A stretch of 64,000 nt of DNA from Thecamonas trahens ATCC 50062 (GCF_000142905.1 NW_013657666.1:196631-260630); one strand, 5' to 3'. Shown: positions 1 through 10,368, counted from the first letter of the stretch. Made by a program: numbers and translations. The notes: generated by a model from the sequence alone, not told the origin.

Positions 1-2
1 AC

Positions 3-881
3 GTTCGTGCCAAGGATCTGGGGCGGGCGCGCAAGATCCTCGGTCACGGAATCGGCGCTGCGCCCTCGCACGCGCTTTTTGACTACTACATCCAGCTCGA
101 GTACGACCTGCTCAACTTTGACGCTGCGCGCTCGCTGTACAACAAGTACCTCGAGTTTGAGCCCGAGGCCGTCGAGGCCTGGATCAAGTACGCGTCGTTT
201 GAGGCCTCGCTTCTCGAGCCCGAGCGCGCCCGCGGCCTCTACGAGCTCGCCATCGAGCAGCCGCTCCTCGACATGCCTGAAGTTCTCTGGAAAGCGTACA
301 TCGACTTTGAGATTGCCGAGGACGAGCAGGCCAAGGCCATCCAACTCTTCGAGCGCCTGCTCACCCGCACCAAGCATGTCAAGGTCTTTGTCACCTATGC
401 CAAGTACCTTGCTTCGCTCGGCGCCATCAGCGACGCCCGGGCCGTTTACACCCGGGCTGTCGACCACACCCGCGTCCACAACCTGCCCGACCAGCGCCTC
501 ACTGCACTCAAGGCCTGGCACGCCCTCGAGCTCGAGCACGGCTCGCAGGCGGAGGCCAAAGCCGTCACCGACCAGATGCCGCAGCGGGTCAAGAAGCGTC
601 GCATGGTCCGCGATGCCGAAGGCAACGAGCTCGGCTGGGAGGAGTACTACGACTACATCTGGGCCGACACCGTCGATCGCTCGCAGGCCAACCTCAAGTT
701 TCTCGAGAAGGCCCGCCAGTGGGCCATGCAGAATGCCGCCCAGGCCCAGTCGCAGCATGCTAGTCCCGCTGCTGGTGGTGGTGCCGCTGTTGGTGGTGTC
801 GCTGGTGGTGGTGCCGCCGCTGGTGGGGCCCCTGGAGTTGCCGAGCCCGCCCCGTCTGCCCCTCTCGGCCCATCAGCGTAA
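3..881 (+). CDS. CRNKL1: Crooked-neck/CLF1 HAT-repeat splicing factor, 3' part (gene begins before the window)
   Basis: Frame is open from position 3: ARKILGHGIG...YIQLEYDLLNFDAARSLYNKYLEF...ERARGLYELAIEQPLLDMPEVLWKAYIDFE...MPQRVKKRR...GWEEYYDYIW...ANLKFLEKARQW. This is the characteristic Crn C-terminus. Confidence 0.93.
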   Translation, partial: VRAKDLGRARKILGHGIGAAPSHALFDYYIQLEYDLLNFDAARSLYNKYLEFEPEAVEAWIKYASFEASLLEPERARGLYELAIEQPLLDMPEVLWKAYIDFEIAEDEQAKAIQLFERLLTRTKHVKVFVTYAKYLASLGAISDARAVYTRAVDHTRVHNLPDQRLTALKAWHALELEHGSQAEAKAVTDQMPQRVKKRRMVRDAEGNELGWEEYYDYIWADTVDRSQANLKFLEKARQWAMQNAAQAQSQHASPAAGGGAAVGGVAGGGAAAGGAPGVAEPAPSAPLGPSA

Positions 882-1077
882 TACCAATGATCCATCGAAA
901 CCAGACTCTCTCCCCCCTCCCCCTCTCCTCCCCCCCCCCCCCCCCCTCCCCTGGTCACTATGATCAGCAGCAGTATTCCAGCTCACCTCCCTCCCCCTCC
1001 CTCCCCCCTCCACCCCGTCGCGCCCCACCCACCACCCACTCCCACCTATCCCCACCACCTCACGCCAGACCCCCACC

Positions 1078-1176
1078 ATGTCTGCCGACGCACCATCTGA
1101 ACTTCACACCTACACTACTGACGCCGAGGCCGCTACGGTAAGTGCAGGAGGAGGATGGTGAGGGTGAGGGTGAGGT

Positions 1177-1220
<44 letters not shown>

Positions 1221-1369
1221 AGGGTGAGGGTGCATAGGTTGGAATGATGGGCGAGTATGGAGCGGAAGGGGGGGGGGAGGGGGGGGAGGGGGGGGGAGGG
1301 GAAGGGGGGGGGGAGGACTCATGCAAGTGGATGGTGTGTGTGTGTGTGTATGTGTGTGTGTGTGCATGC

Positions 1370-1417
<48 letters not shown>

Positions 1418-2610
1418 ATGCATATGTGTGTGTGTGTGTGCATGCATATGTGTGTGTGTGGTGGGGGGGGGTATGTCGGTGGCATCGGTGACGGCAGGCC
1501 GAGGAGCACCTTGCGGCCCTGGTCGCCGGGGGCGAGCATGCTGCGGCGGAAAAGGTGGCGCGGTCGCTCTCTGTCCATTACGAGCAGAGCGAGCCAGACA
1601 AGGCTTGCCAGTTTCTGACGACGGCGATGACTGCGATCGAGGCTGCTGAGGGCACGCAGATGGTCGATCGTTATGTGGTGTGCCTGGTGGACCAGGCGTT
1701 CCTCAAAATCACCCAGCGCAAGGTGGAGGAGTCTGAGGAGATTCTCCTCCGCGCCCGGGCCATGGAGGACGAGATGGCCACCGTGCCGCACGTGTCATAC
1801 CTGCCGATGGCCCGCGTCATGCTCGCCAAGGGTGCGTTTGACGAGGCCGAGACGCTGCTGACGATGGCCAAGGACGAGCAAGAGCCGCTTGCGCTCGAGC
1901 AGCAGGTCGAGCTCGACCAGATCTACGCCACGCTCGCCATGGTCCGCCTCAACTCGAACCCTGCCGACGAAACCGTTGCCCAGCTGATGGACGAAGCCAT
2001 CGAGTACTGCAAGTCGGCGTACGGCGACGAGTCGGACGAGGTTGCCGAGGCGCTCACCAACAAGGCCATGTACTTCCGGCAAGTCGGCCAGATTGACGAG
2101 ACCATTGCCACGCTTCGCCTCGCGGTCGACATGTACGCTGCGCTCGAGTCGCCCAAGATCATGCAAGTCTCGCAGGTCCTCGTCTCGTTCCTTGCCTCGA
2201 CCGGCAAGACCGCCGAGGCTGCCGAGGTGCTCGACCAGCTGCACGGCGTCATGCAGGGCAAGCTCGGCGACGAGCACCCGATGGTGGCCAATATCAAGGC
2301 GACCGCCGACGCGCTCCGCTCCGGCAAGATGCCGCCGATGCGCGGCGGTGGGCACGGCCACTCGCACGGCGGGCAGCCGTGCCACGGCCACGGCGGTGGA
2401 GGGCATAACCACGGCCACTCGCACTCGCACGGTGGCGGGCACGACCACGGCCACTCGCACTCGCACGGTGGCGGGCACGACCACGGCCACTCGCACTCGC
2501 ACGGCGGCGGAGACCATGGTCACTCGCACTCGCACGGCGGCGGCGACCATGGCCACTCGCACGGCGGCGCGGCGCCGGCCGGTGACGACGCAGGCTGCTC
2601 TGTCATGTAA
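1078..2610 (+). CDS. TPR-like helical repeat protein with a His/Gly-rich tail and C-terminal CaaX (CSVM); exons 1078-1137 and 1498-2610
   Basis: ATG at 1078, donor GTAAGT at 1138, acceptor GGCAG at 1497, phase 0 and in frame with ORF 1555..2610. Kinesin-light-chain-type TPR motifs (YGDESDEVAEALTNKA; LGDEHPMVA). GHxHGHSHSHGG repeats, ending in CSVM*. Confidence 0.75.
1156..1232 (+). repeat. (GGTGAG/TGAGGG)n hexamer array, about 12 copies
   Basis: Seen directly: ggtgagggtgagggtgaggttgagggtgag... Confidence 0.95.
1334..1460. repeat. Interrupted (GT)n microsatellite
   Basis: Seen directly. Confidence 0.95.
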
Positions 2611-2639
2611 AGTATTGTGTTATGCTATGCTATGCTATG

Positions 2640-3674
2640 CTATGCCTTGGCCCGCTCCGGAGACGACTCCTCGGTCATGACGGCGGTGATAGCGCCCATG
2701 ATGGCGCCGACCTCCGCACGCGCCGACGCCGACGCCGCCTCCGACGCCGCAAGCTGCCCACGCAGCGCTTCAACCGCCGCTGCCGCCGCTGCCGCGTCGT
2801 CGGTAGCCGCCGCCAGCGACGCTGACAGTTGCGCGTTGGCAGCCTCGGTAGCGGCGGCGCGGGCTTCGGCGGCGGCGGCGCGGGCGTCGGAGCTCTCCAC
2901 CCGCCGGATGAGCTCGTCAAGCTCGGCGTCACGGTCTTCCAGCGCGCGGACGTGCGCGTACGTGTCGTCGACCATGATGTCCTGCGCGCGGTCGAGCGCC
3001 TCACGCAGCCGTGATGCGCGGTTGTTGGCGTCGGCAGCCTCGGTCTCGGCGTTCTTGAGCGAGTCGAGCAGCGCCTCGACGTTGCGCTCGGCATCGGCGA
3101 GATCATCCTTGAGACACCCCACCTCCTTGAGTGCCTTCTCCTCGCCCATCCGCGCCTCGAGCAGCGAGTCGCGGGTCAGCAGCAGACGCTCGTCCCTCGC
3201 CTTGAGCCGCTCCTCCAGCGACACGATCTTACCCTCGTACCAAAGGTTTGACGCCGTCAGTTCGTCGACCCGCGCGGTGAGCGAGGCGACAAGCCCGTCT
3301 TGGGCCTCGCGGGCGCGATGGGCGTCGGCCAGCCTTGCCTCAGCCTCATCGCAGGCACGGGCGCTGGCGCTGCCTGCATCCTGGGCCCGGCGCGCCTCGC
3401 GCAGCGCCTCGTTCAGCCGCTGCTGCAGATCATCGACCTGGGCCTCCAGCTCGGCGTTGCTCCGAGCAGCAGTCTCCAGAGCGTTGCGAGCCTCGACCAG
3501 TAGGCTGTTGCGATGTGCGACTTCGGACTCGGCCTGGGCCACCCGCCCGTTGGCCGCCGTCAGCTTGCTCTTCAGCGCCGCATTGTCCTCCGCCAGTGTT
3601 CGGCCCTGCACCTGCAGGTAAGCGTTCTCGTTGCGCAGCGCCGTTATGGAGCCTGTAACCCTAGTGACTGCCGG

Positions 3675-3730
<56 letters not shown>

Positions 3731-4001
3731 GGGAGGAGGAGGGGGGGGGGGGGGCGAGGCCATGGCCCGGACGGTGACGGAGCGTACATCCATGATCAAA
3801 CCCTACCGTGTGGCTTGCACAGAGGTGCTGCGGAAAGGAGCTCGGTGTGTGATGGGGAGAGTAGGGATGAGGGGAGGGAGGGAGGGAGACCGGTGGCTTT
3901 CTCTCCAGCCGTAGTTGCAGTGATAGTGCTGGCGGTGGTGGCGGTGGCAGTGGTGCGGCTGCCGTGGCAGTGGCAGTGGCGGTTGCCGTGGCGGTTGCCA
4001 T
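2640..4001 (-). CDS. Coiled-coil protein of unknown function; probable intron around the (CA)n tract near 3670-3890
   Basis: A/E/L/R-rich heptad sequence with host-like codon use from about 3660 to the stop at 2640. The 5' structure is uncertain. Confidence 0.6.
3676..3727. repeat. (TG)n microsatellite
   Basis: Seen directly. Confidence 0.95.
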
Positions 4002-4193
4002 GGCGGTTCATTCGTTGGGCGACTTGCTGCGCGGCCAACGGCGGCGGCCGGCGGAAAGCGGAAATGTGTGCCCCCAACGCCGTGACGGTTGGACAGTTGG
4101 CCGGACGACACAACCAGGGCAACGACTACCATTGCCTTCTCATACACCCTCTCACACAGACACACTTCTCTCACTGACTCTATCTACCCCAAC

Positions 4194-5906
4194 ATGGCGG
4201 CAGATGCCCCGACACAGAGCCTGGATGTCGAGTTTGAGTGTGACTTTGAAGGAGGTGCTAGGGAACGGTCTGTGTGGGGTCGGCTGCTCCCCTGCTCGGA
4301 GTGGCCCATGGTGAAGCTGGCGCAGGACGAGATAACATTTGGCCGTGCTGCCACAAACGATGTGGTGTATGCCGGCGTGGGCCAGATTTCATCGCATCAC
4401 TGTCGCATCACCACCTACTACAGCGCCGGCCGGCGTGTCTTTGAGCTCCACGATTTATCTTCAAACGGCACTTTTATCAACAGCCACAAGGTCGGGCGTG
4501 GCCAGTCGAAGATGCTGGCATCAAACGACACGGTGACACTGCTGGAGCGGCAGCCTGGTTCCAGGGCCATCTCTTATGTCTTTCAGACCGCAGAGGCGCA
4601 TGAGTCCGCCGTCGATGCAGAAATCCGCAAGGCTACGCTCATCGGCTCGTCCGCCGTCGGGGCGTTGGACCAGCCGACGTTTGAGGACGCGTACTGGCTC
4701 GACAAGGAGCTGGGCGTGGGTGCATTTGCGCGAGTGTGCCTAGCGAGCCGTAGGACCGACGCCAAGCTGTTTGCGGCTAAGATCGTGAACAAGCGCAAGG
4801 CGTTGCGGTCCACGGTCCGCGACGGCGCCCTCATGGACGAGGTCAACATCCTCAAGTCCGTAACACACCCCAACGTCATTGGGATCCAGGACGTGTACTC
4901 GTCCCCGACCAACCTCATTCTCATCCTTGAGCTTGCTACCGGCGGTGAGCTGCTGGATACCATCATGGCACGCGGATTGTTGAGCGAAGACGAGGCCCGC
5001 CATGTCTTTGCCCAGCTCGTCGATGCCGTTGCCCACCTGCACGAGTCTGGCATTGTCCATCGCGACCTCAAGCCCGAAAACGTGCTCATAGCCACGTCCA
5101 ACTCGCTGGATATCAAGATATCTGACTTTGGCCTCTCGCGCATTGTCTCCGACTCGTCGTTCATGGGCACCCTTTGTGGCACGCTCGCGTACACTGCACC
5201 CGAGGTGTTCGAGCAAGGGTCCTGTGGATACACCTCTGCGGTCGACATCTGGTCGCTTGGCGTAATCCTCTACGTCATGCTCTCGGGCTACATGCCGTTC
5301 TCCGAGCAGGGTGAAACACCGATCCAGGAAACTATCTGCAAGGGCATGTACTCGCTCGACGACGCGATGTGGGGCTCTATCTCGTCGGATGCCAAGGACC
5401 TCATTGCGGCGCTGCTGCAGGTTGACCCGAAAGCGCGACTGACCGCTGAGCAAGCTCGCGCCCACCCGTGGTTGCAGAGCGGTAGCGGCGCGCCGCCTCC
5501 GCCATCGTCACAGCTCAGTGCGCCCACTGCGACCGCCATCGCACTCGACAACGACACCACTAGAGAGCTGGATGCGGAAGGCCCGCTGTCGTGGCTGCCC
5601 GCTTCTGCGTTTCAGCTCATGGCTGAGATTGGCGAGTCCTTGCCGGGGCAGCGGCTGGCGCGGCGACGTTACACCGAAATGGTTGTCTACGCGCTCGGTG
5701 TGCTGGCAGAGCCGAAGGGATCAACAGTGGACGACATTGCCGCCACCGTCACAGCCAACTTTGATGTGCCTGATGCAGCCCACGTGGCGTGCACCGTGCG
5801 GCGAACGCTGAAGCAGCTGCTCAAGGACGGCACGCTGCAGACAAGGCAGCGCGGACGAGTGTATCTTTTCGCTCAGTCAAAGTTGTCTACACGGGCACGG
5901 ACGTAA
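4194..5906 (+). CDS. CHEK2: CHK2/Cds1/Rad53-like FHA + Ser/Thr kinase with a C-terminal linker-histone (H15)-like winged helix
   Basis: FHA (ITFGR...ISSHHC...DLSSNGTFIN). Kinase motifs LGVGAFARV, AAK, HRDLKPEN, DFG and TLCGTLAYTAPE. Tail YTEMVVYALGVLAEPKGSTVDDIAATV. The gene symbol rests on architecture only. Confidence 0.8.
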   Translation: MAADAPTQSLDVEFECDFEGGARERSVWGRLLPCSEWPMVKLAQDEITFGRAATNDVVYAGVGQISSHHCRITTYYSAGRRVFELHDLSSNGTFINSHKVGRGQSKMLASNDTVTLLERQPGSRAISYVFQTAEAHESAVDAEIRKATLIGSSAVGALDQPTFEDAYWLDKELGVGAFARVCLASRRTDAKLFAAKIVNKRKALRSTVRDGALMDEVNILKSVTHPNVIGIQDVYSSPTNLILILELATGGELLDTIMARGLLSEDEARHVFAQLVDAVAHLHESGIVHRDLKPENVLIATSNSLDIKISDFGLSRIVSDSSFMGTLCGTLAYTAPEVFEQGSCGYTSAVDIWSLGVILYVMLSGYMPFSEQGETPIQETICKGMYSLDDAMWGSISSDAKDLIAALLQVDPKARLTAEQARAHPWLQSGSGAPPPPSSQLSAPTATAIALDNDTTRELDAEGPLSWLPASAFQLMAEIGESLPGQRLARRRYTEMVVYALGVLAEPKGSTVDDIAATVTANFDVPDAAHVACTVRRTLKQLLKDGTLQTRQRGRVYLFAQSKLSTRART

Positions 5907-5956
5907 CACGCAAGCGAGCTGGATTGAGTACAGTTTACGGAGCAGCAAGGAGCGCC

Positions 5957-6631
5957 TCAGATGGAGCCGCGGAACAGAATCCGCATGCCCTTAAAAAAAG
6001 CGCGGAGGTTGTTCGAGCTGTTGAGCTTGGCGAGCAGCGCATCTGTGCCCGGAACAGGCGGCACGCACTCGCAAAGCACATACTGCGAAGCAGAGTTGAC
6101 CTTGAGGGCAAAAAAGAACTCGCGATCGTAGTTGAGCGGGTCGATCGATGTGAAAATGAACCGCAGCGACTGGTCCGAGAGCGACTCGAAGCGCATGCCG
6201 AGGCGGGAGCGGTAGAAGGCAATGCCCTTCTCGAGCTCGGATGCCCGCGAGCAGTGCGAGACCTCAGCCTCTGCAAGTGCCATGGAGATCTGTGCCACAT
6301 TCTCCTTCTCAGTCGCCAGCGAAGCCTGGTACTGGTTCTCCTTGGCGTCGAGGGCGGCGACGGCGGCGGCGGCCTGCTCGGCGGCAGCCTTGCGCTCGGA
6401 GAGCTCGTTCTGCAGCGAGGCCTTTTTGGCCACTGACGACTGGGCCTTGGAGTCCACTTGCTTGCGCACCTCAGCCAGCTGCGCCACCGAGTGGGTGTGG
6501 TCGTCGATGGCCGACGCCAGCGAGGTCTGCAGCTGCGCCGCCGACCGCATCTGCCCGCGCTCGTACTTTTCCAGCATCCGCCGTGCGGCCATAAGGTCCT
6601 CCTGGAACGACTCGTGCTTCACCGTCCACAT
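5957..6631 (-). CDS. SPC25: Kinetochore Ndc80-complex subunit Spc25
   Basis: N-terminal coiled coil followed by the RWD-type head YRSRLGMRFE...LRFIFTSIDP..DREFFFAL...YVLCECVP...LNSSNNLRAFFKGMR. An extra 5' exon is possible. Confidence 0.85.
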   Translation of the reverse strand: MWTVKHESFQEDLMAARRMLEKYERGQMRSAAQLQTSLASAIDDHTHSVAQLAEVRKQVDSKAQSSVAKKASLQNELSERKAAAEQAAAAVAALDAKENQYQASLATEKENVAQISMALAEAEVSHCSRASELEKGIAFYRSRLGMRFESLSDQSLRFIFTSIDPLNYDREFFFALKVNSASQYVLCECVPPVPGTDALLAKLNSSNNLRAFFKGMRILFRGSI

Positions 6632-6921
6632 GCTGTCACTGCTGTATGCGGCTAGTCTCTGTATCGGGTTATCTGTGGCTGTGCGGCTGTGTGGTTGTGG
6701 GGGAGGGTTGAGTGTGCGTCCCTTGCCTGCGGTTGACTCTGTCTGCCGGCCTTCGCGCCATTCCCTGTGTCCGCCGAAAATTTCAAACTGTTTGGCGAGT
6801 GCCCTCCCCCCCCCCCCCCCCCCCCCCCCTCCCGTCACCCCATGCGCCTGTCAGGCCCAGCCAGCCCCCGCTCGGGGCCCCTGCCTGAGGCACCCCCCGA
6901 CATACACCTCTATCCCCTACC

Positions 6922-8163
6922 ATGTCGCCCTCCACCTCGCTGCTCGTCGTGGTCATCGCTATCCTCGCCGCACTCGCCGCACGGACCGTCCCCCACCGGT
7001 ACACCGCCTCCCTGCGCTGCCTGTGGCCTCCTTCTCCCCCTCCCCCTCACCTCGCCACTCACCTCCTCTTCCCCGCCGTCCCCAGCCCACTGCTCATCGT
7101 GCCGTTCTACCCCAAACCGCCTCCGGCTCTCGACGGGCCGTACGCGCTCAACACCGTGCTCACTGATCTGTGCGTCGACGTCACGCTCGCCCATCCCTTT
7201 GACCTTGCAGGTGCAGAGACCGCCATTGCTTCGCCCGACGGCCTCTCGTGGTACACTGCCACCAGTGCAGGCGTTGTTGCTCGTATCGACGTCGATGGCG
7301 ACGTCGACGCCGGCACCGCCCTTCTCACCGCCCACCCGCTCGCCTACCTCGGCGGCCGCCCGCTCGGCCTTGCACTCCACCCCGAGCTCGGCGTCGTGGT
7401 TGCCGATGCGGCCCGCGGCTTGTTCAGCGTGAGCGAGGAGACCGGCATCGTCACACTCCTCGCTGCGAGCGTCGATCCTGAAGGTACCGACCCAATCCTC
7501 TACGCCGACGACGTCGACGTCGACGCCGACTCTGGCACCATCTACTTTTCCGACGCATCGACCATCGCACCGTGGCGCAACGCGGACAACTCGTTTGAGA
7601 CCTTTGAGGCCTCGGTCAAGGACGCGCTCGAGGCCGGCCACACCGGCCGCCTCCTCGCCTATCATCCGGCCAATCGCTCGGTCGAAGTCCTCGCGGACGG
7701 CCTCTACTTTGCCAACGGCGTGGCTCTCTCTGAGGACAAGACTTTTGTCGTTGTCGCGGAGACCTTTGCCGCCCGCGTCTCGCGGGTCTGGCTCACCTCG
7801 GACCGCCGCGGCGACGTCGAGGTTCTCATCGACAACCTGCCTGGCTACCCTGACGGCGTCTCGGCCTTCAAAGAGACGTTTTGGATCAGCATTGCCGCCC
7901 CGCGCTCCAAGTTCCTCGAGCTAGTGCACCCTTACGCACCAGTCAAGTCGGTTTTCTCGCTCCTCCCCCGCTGGATGGTGCCCAAGCCGCGCAAGCACGG
8001 CATGGCCATCCAGATTGATCCCACTGGCGCCGTCGTCCGCACCCTCCACGATCCCTCTGGCGAAGTCGTCCCCATGGTCACTGGCATCCACGCCATGGCC
8101 GTCGACCGCCTTCTCATCGGCAACCTCAAAGGCGATGGCATTATCCTCTGCCGTGGCGTCTGA
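6922..8163 (+). CDS. Strictosidine synthase-like / APMAP beta-propeller protein with an N-terminal signal or anchor
   Basis: GGRPLGL, YADDVDV, IYFSDAS, TGRLLAY, DGLYFANGVALSED, LPGYPDGV. Confidence 0.9.
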   Translation: MSPSTSLLVVVIAILAALAARTVPHRYTASLRCLWPPSPPPPHLATHLLFPAVPSPLLIVPFYPKPPPALDGPYALNTVLTDLCVDVTLAHPFDLAGAETAIASPDGLSWYTATSAGVVARIDVDGDVDAGTALLTAHPLAYLGGRPLGLALHPELGVVVADAARGLFSVSEETGIVTLLAASVDPEGTDPILYADDVDVDADSGTIYFSDASTIAPWRNADNSFETFEASVKDALEAGHTGRLLAYHPANRSVEVLADGLYFANGVALSEDKTFVVVAETFAARVSRVWLTSDRRGDVEVLIDNLPGYPDGVSAFKETFWISIAAPRSKFLELVHPYAPVKSVFSLLPRWMVPKPRKHGMAIQIDPTGAVVRTLHDPSGEVVPMVTGIHAMAVDRLLIGNLKGDGIILCRGV

Positions 8164-8248
8164 GCACACGCCCGTTTCGCCCCCCGCGCCCCGAACACAG
8201 CCGAACCCATCGATACACACACACACACCCCTCCCTGCCACCTGCGTC

Positions 8249-8506
8249 ATGCACCCTTGCCTCTGCTGCGGCTACCGCACTCTGCCTGACCCACCGCCGG
8301 GTACCTACGCCCTCTGTCCGGTCTGCTTCTGGGAGGACGATGGGTTCCAGGCTGCCAACGTCCACGAGGCCGGCGCCAACTCGGTCTCGCTCGCCGCCGC
8401 CCGCGCCAACTATGCCACCCACGGCACCTGCGATGAGACTGCTGTCGCACACGTCCGCCCGCCCACCGCCGCAGATGGCCCGCGCGTCATACACCCGCCA
8501 CTTTAG
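8249..8506 (+). CDS. Small Cys-rich CPCC-family protein (bacterial type), 85 aa
   Basis: MHPCLCCGYRTL...YALCPVCFWEDDG...GANSVSLAAARANYATHGTC matches the CPCC consensus CPCCG..TL....ICPVCFWEDDG...N..SL..AR.NF...GAC. Confidence 0.8.
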   Translation: MHPCLCCGYRTLPDPPPGTYALCPVCFWEDDGFQAANVHEAGANSVSLAAARANYATHGTCDETAVAHVRPPTAADGPRVIHPPL

Positions 8507-8799
8507 CCGTCATCTGCATGATGTGCTCGGCAACCGGGCTGCTGGACTAGCTTGGAGAGCTACTGCTCGCCGCCGTGCTCGATGCCGTGCTCGATGTCAC
8601 CTCACTGCTCACCCCGTCGCCACCCGCTCCAAACCTTGCCTGCTCCTGTACAGCTGCAGCTGCTTCTTCATCACTCGAGCCCTTGGCAAGGAGCCGCACC
8701 ACAGATAATCCTTTTTCGGCGCCATCCCGTCTGCGGACGCATGACAACTATGGGCGCTTGCTGCGAGCGGGCGGGCGGGGAAGACAAGGGAGGAGGCTT

Positions 8800-10368
8800 C
8801 TACGAAGACCCGATTTCGTCCCAGGTGGCAATGGTGACGACGGTGGAGATGATGCCACAGACGACGCCGATGACGGCGAGGGCAACGCAAGCAATCTGCT
8901 TGCCCGGCCGCGAGTAGTTGGCCTTGTAGCCAAACATGCCCGGGAGGATAAAGGCGATGCCCATGCCACAGGTGGCGCCGACCACGTCGAGCATGCCGGG
9001 CAGATTCGGCACAAGCATCGAGGTGATGAGGGCGATGGCGTTGAGGGCCGTGGTGAGGGCAATGCGAGCGGGGAGGCCGCGCGAGCGGATGTCGACAATG
9101 GGCGCGAGAATGAGCGCGATGGTCTCGCGGAGCGGGAGGAAGAAGAGCGGGTAGGAAAAGGCGAGAACGAGAAAGAGCGCGACGCGACCAACGTTGACCA
9201 GAACGTCGTCGCTGCGAAAGTTGAGCAGGACGTCTCCCTTGGTCGCTACGCCGAACGAGTAGATGCCGACGAGGCCAAAGAGGATGTAGAAGACGAGGCA
9301 GACCGAGACGGCGCCGGTAGAGACAGCCAAGACGCGCGACTTTGTCGGGTTGCGCAACTCGTTTGCGACACGCACGGCGTTGAACTGGCCATTGAAGGCA
9401 ACGGCAATGATGGGGAGGGCGAGGAAGAACTTGGACGAGACAATGGCGTAGCGGAGGCGGATGATGTGCGGATCTGGCGACGGGTCAGTGCCCGACTCGA
9501 CACGGAGCGTACTCACCGACTGAAAGAGTCGGACGCAGAGTGCGATGAGGAGATAGATGAGGCAGCCGAGCGCAGCCATCGAGGTGTGCCGTAGGAACCG
9601 CAGGTCTTGCGCGAGCGTCAGCGGATAGATGAGCGCCACCGCATAGACCGAGAGCCAGTCGCGCGAGAGCCAAGGCGAAGCTGGTGCGTACTGCGAGACT
9701 ACCGGGTGGAGCGAGTCCGACATGAGGATGGCGTAGATGATGGTGGCTCCGATGAGGAGGAGGACCAGCGAGGCCTGGACCACCCGCCGCCCAGCCTGTC
9801 CAAAGTAGAACGCTGCAATGTCTTCGTACGACCGTTGCCCCGAGAGCCGGCGGGTCTCTGCCAGAAGATAGAACGAAAACATGGAGAGGAGCGCGACCGC
9901 GACGAGGAGCGCGAGGCCGAGAGCAACGCCCGTCACCGAGAGCGCGTACGGCACCGCGAGGACGCCTGCGCCGATGCAGGTGTTGGCAAGAACAACCACC
10001 GACTCGACAATGGTTGACTCGCCGTCCACCAGATCGGACGCCAACAGCGGATGTGACTCGCCGCACTCGGAGACGTCGGCCACCGACTCGACCTCGCCCA
10101 CTAGCCACAGCGACGTCGTGGGCGCAATCGTCGGTGGCGGCGGCTGTAGCAGCCCGATCGCGGCGTAAAACTTGTGCCGCGCATACGGTTGTGGCACAGA
10201 CGGCACCGCCGCCCCTTTCCCTCCCCTTCTCCTCTCAGCTCCATCTCCAGCCCCAGCTCCAGTCCCAGCTCCAGCTCCAGTCCCGCCTGTGCCCATCGGC
10301 CGGCCTGATTCGTCGTCACTGCCAAACCGATTGACCGAGGTGAGCAGGGCGGCCTTGTCGAGCGCCAT
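8800..10368 (-). CDS. AAAP/SLC38-family amino acid transporter
   Basis: LANTCIGAGVLAVPYA, SYEDIA, LPIIAVAFNGQFN and about 11 hydrophobic segments. A possible extra 3' exon at 8547-8730 is unresolved. Confidence 0.9.
   Translation of the reverse strand: MALDKAALLTSVNRFGSDDESGRPMGTGGTGAGAGTGAGAGDGAERRRGGKGAAVPSVPQPYARHKFYAAIGLLQPPPPTIAPTTSLWLVGEVESVADVSECGESHPLLASDLVDGESTIVESVVVLANTCIGAGVLAVPYALSVTGVALGLALLVAVALLSMFSFYLLAETRRLSGQRSYEDIAAFYFGQAGRRVVQASLVLLLIGATIIYAILMSDSLHPVVSQYAPASPWLSRDWLSVYAVALIYPLTLAQDLRFLRHTSMAALGCLIYLLIALCVRLFQSVSTLRVESGTDPSPDPHIIRLRYAIVSSKFFLALPIIAVAFNGQFNAVRVANELRNPTKSRVLAVSTGAVSVCLVFYILFGLVGIYSFGVATKGDVLLNFRSDDVLVNVGRVALFLVLAFSYPLFFLPLRETIALILAPIVDIRSRGLPARIALTTALNAIALITSMLVPNLPGMLDVVGATCGMGIAFILPGMFGYKANYSRPGKQIACVALAVIGVVCGIISTVVTIATWDEIGSS

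Larger units (their letters stand above)
1138..1497 (+). other. Spliceosomal intron containing (TGAGGG)n, G-runs and (GT)n
   Basis: GTAAGT...GGCAG; removing it joins the exons in frame. Confidence 0.8.

Noticed and set aside
1060-1791. HT/CV-repeat ORFs (also near 3513-3728 and 17964-18557)
   Set aside because: They are translations of (GT)n/(CA)n microsatellites in introns or probable introns.
4194-6631. CHK2 and SPC25 adjacency as a cell-cycle gene cluster
   Set aside because: Two neighbouring genes in a compact genome; nothing suggests more than chance.
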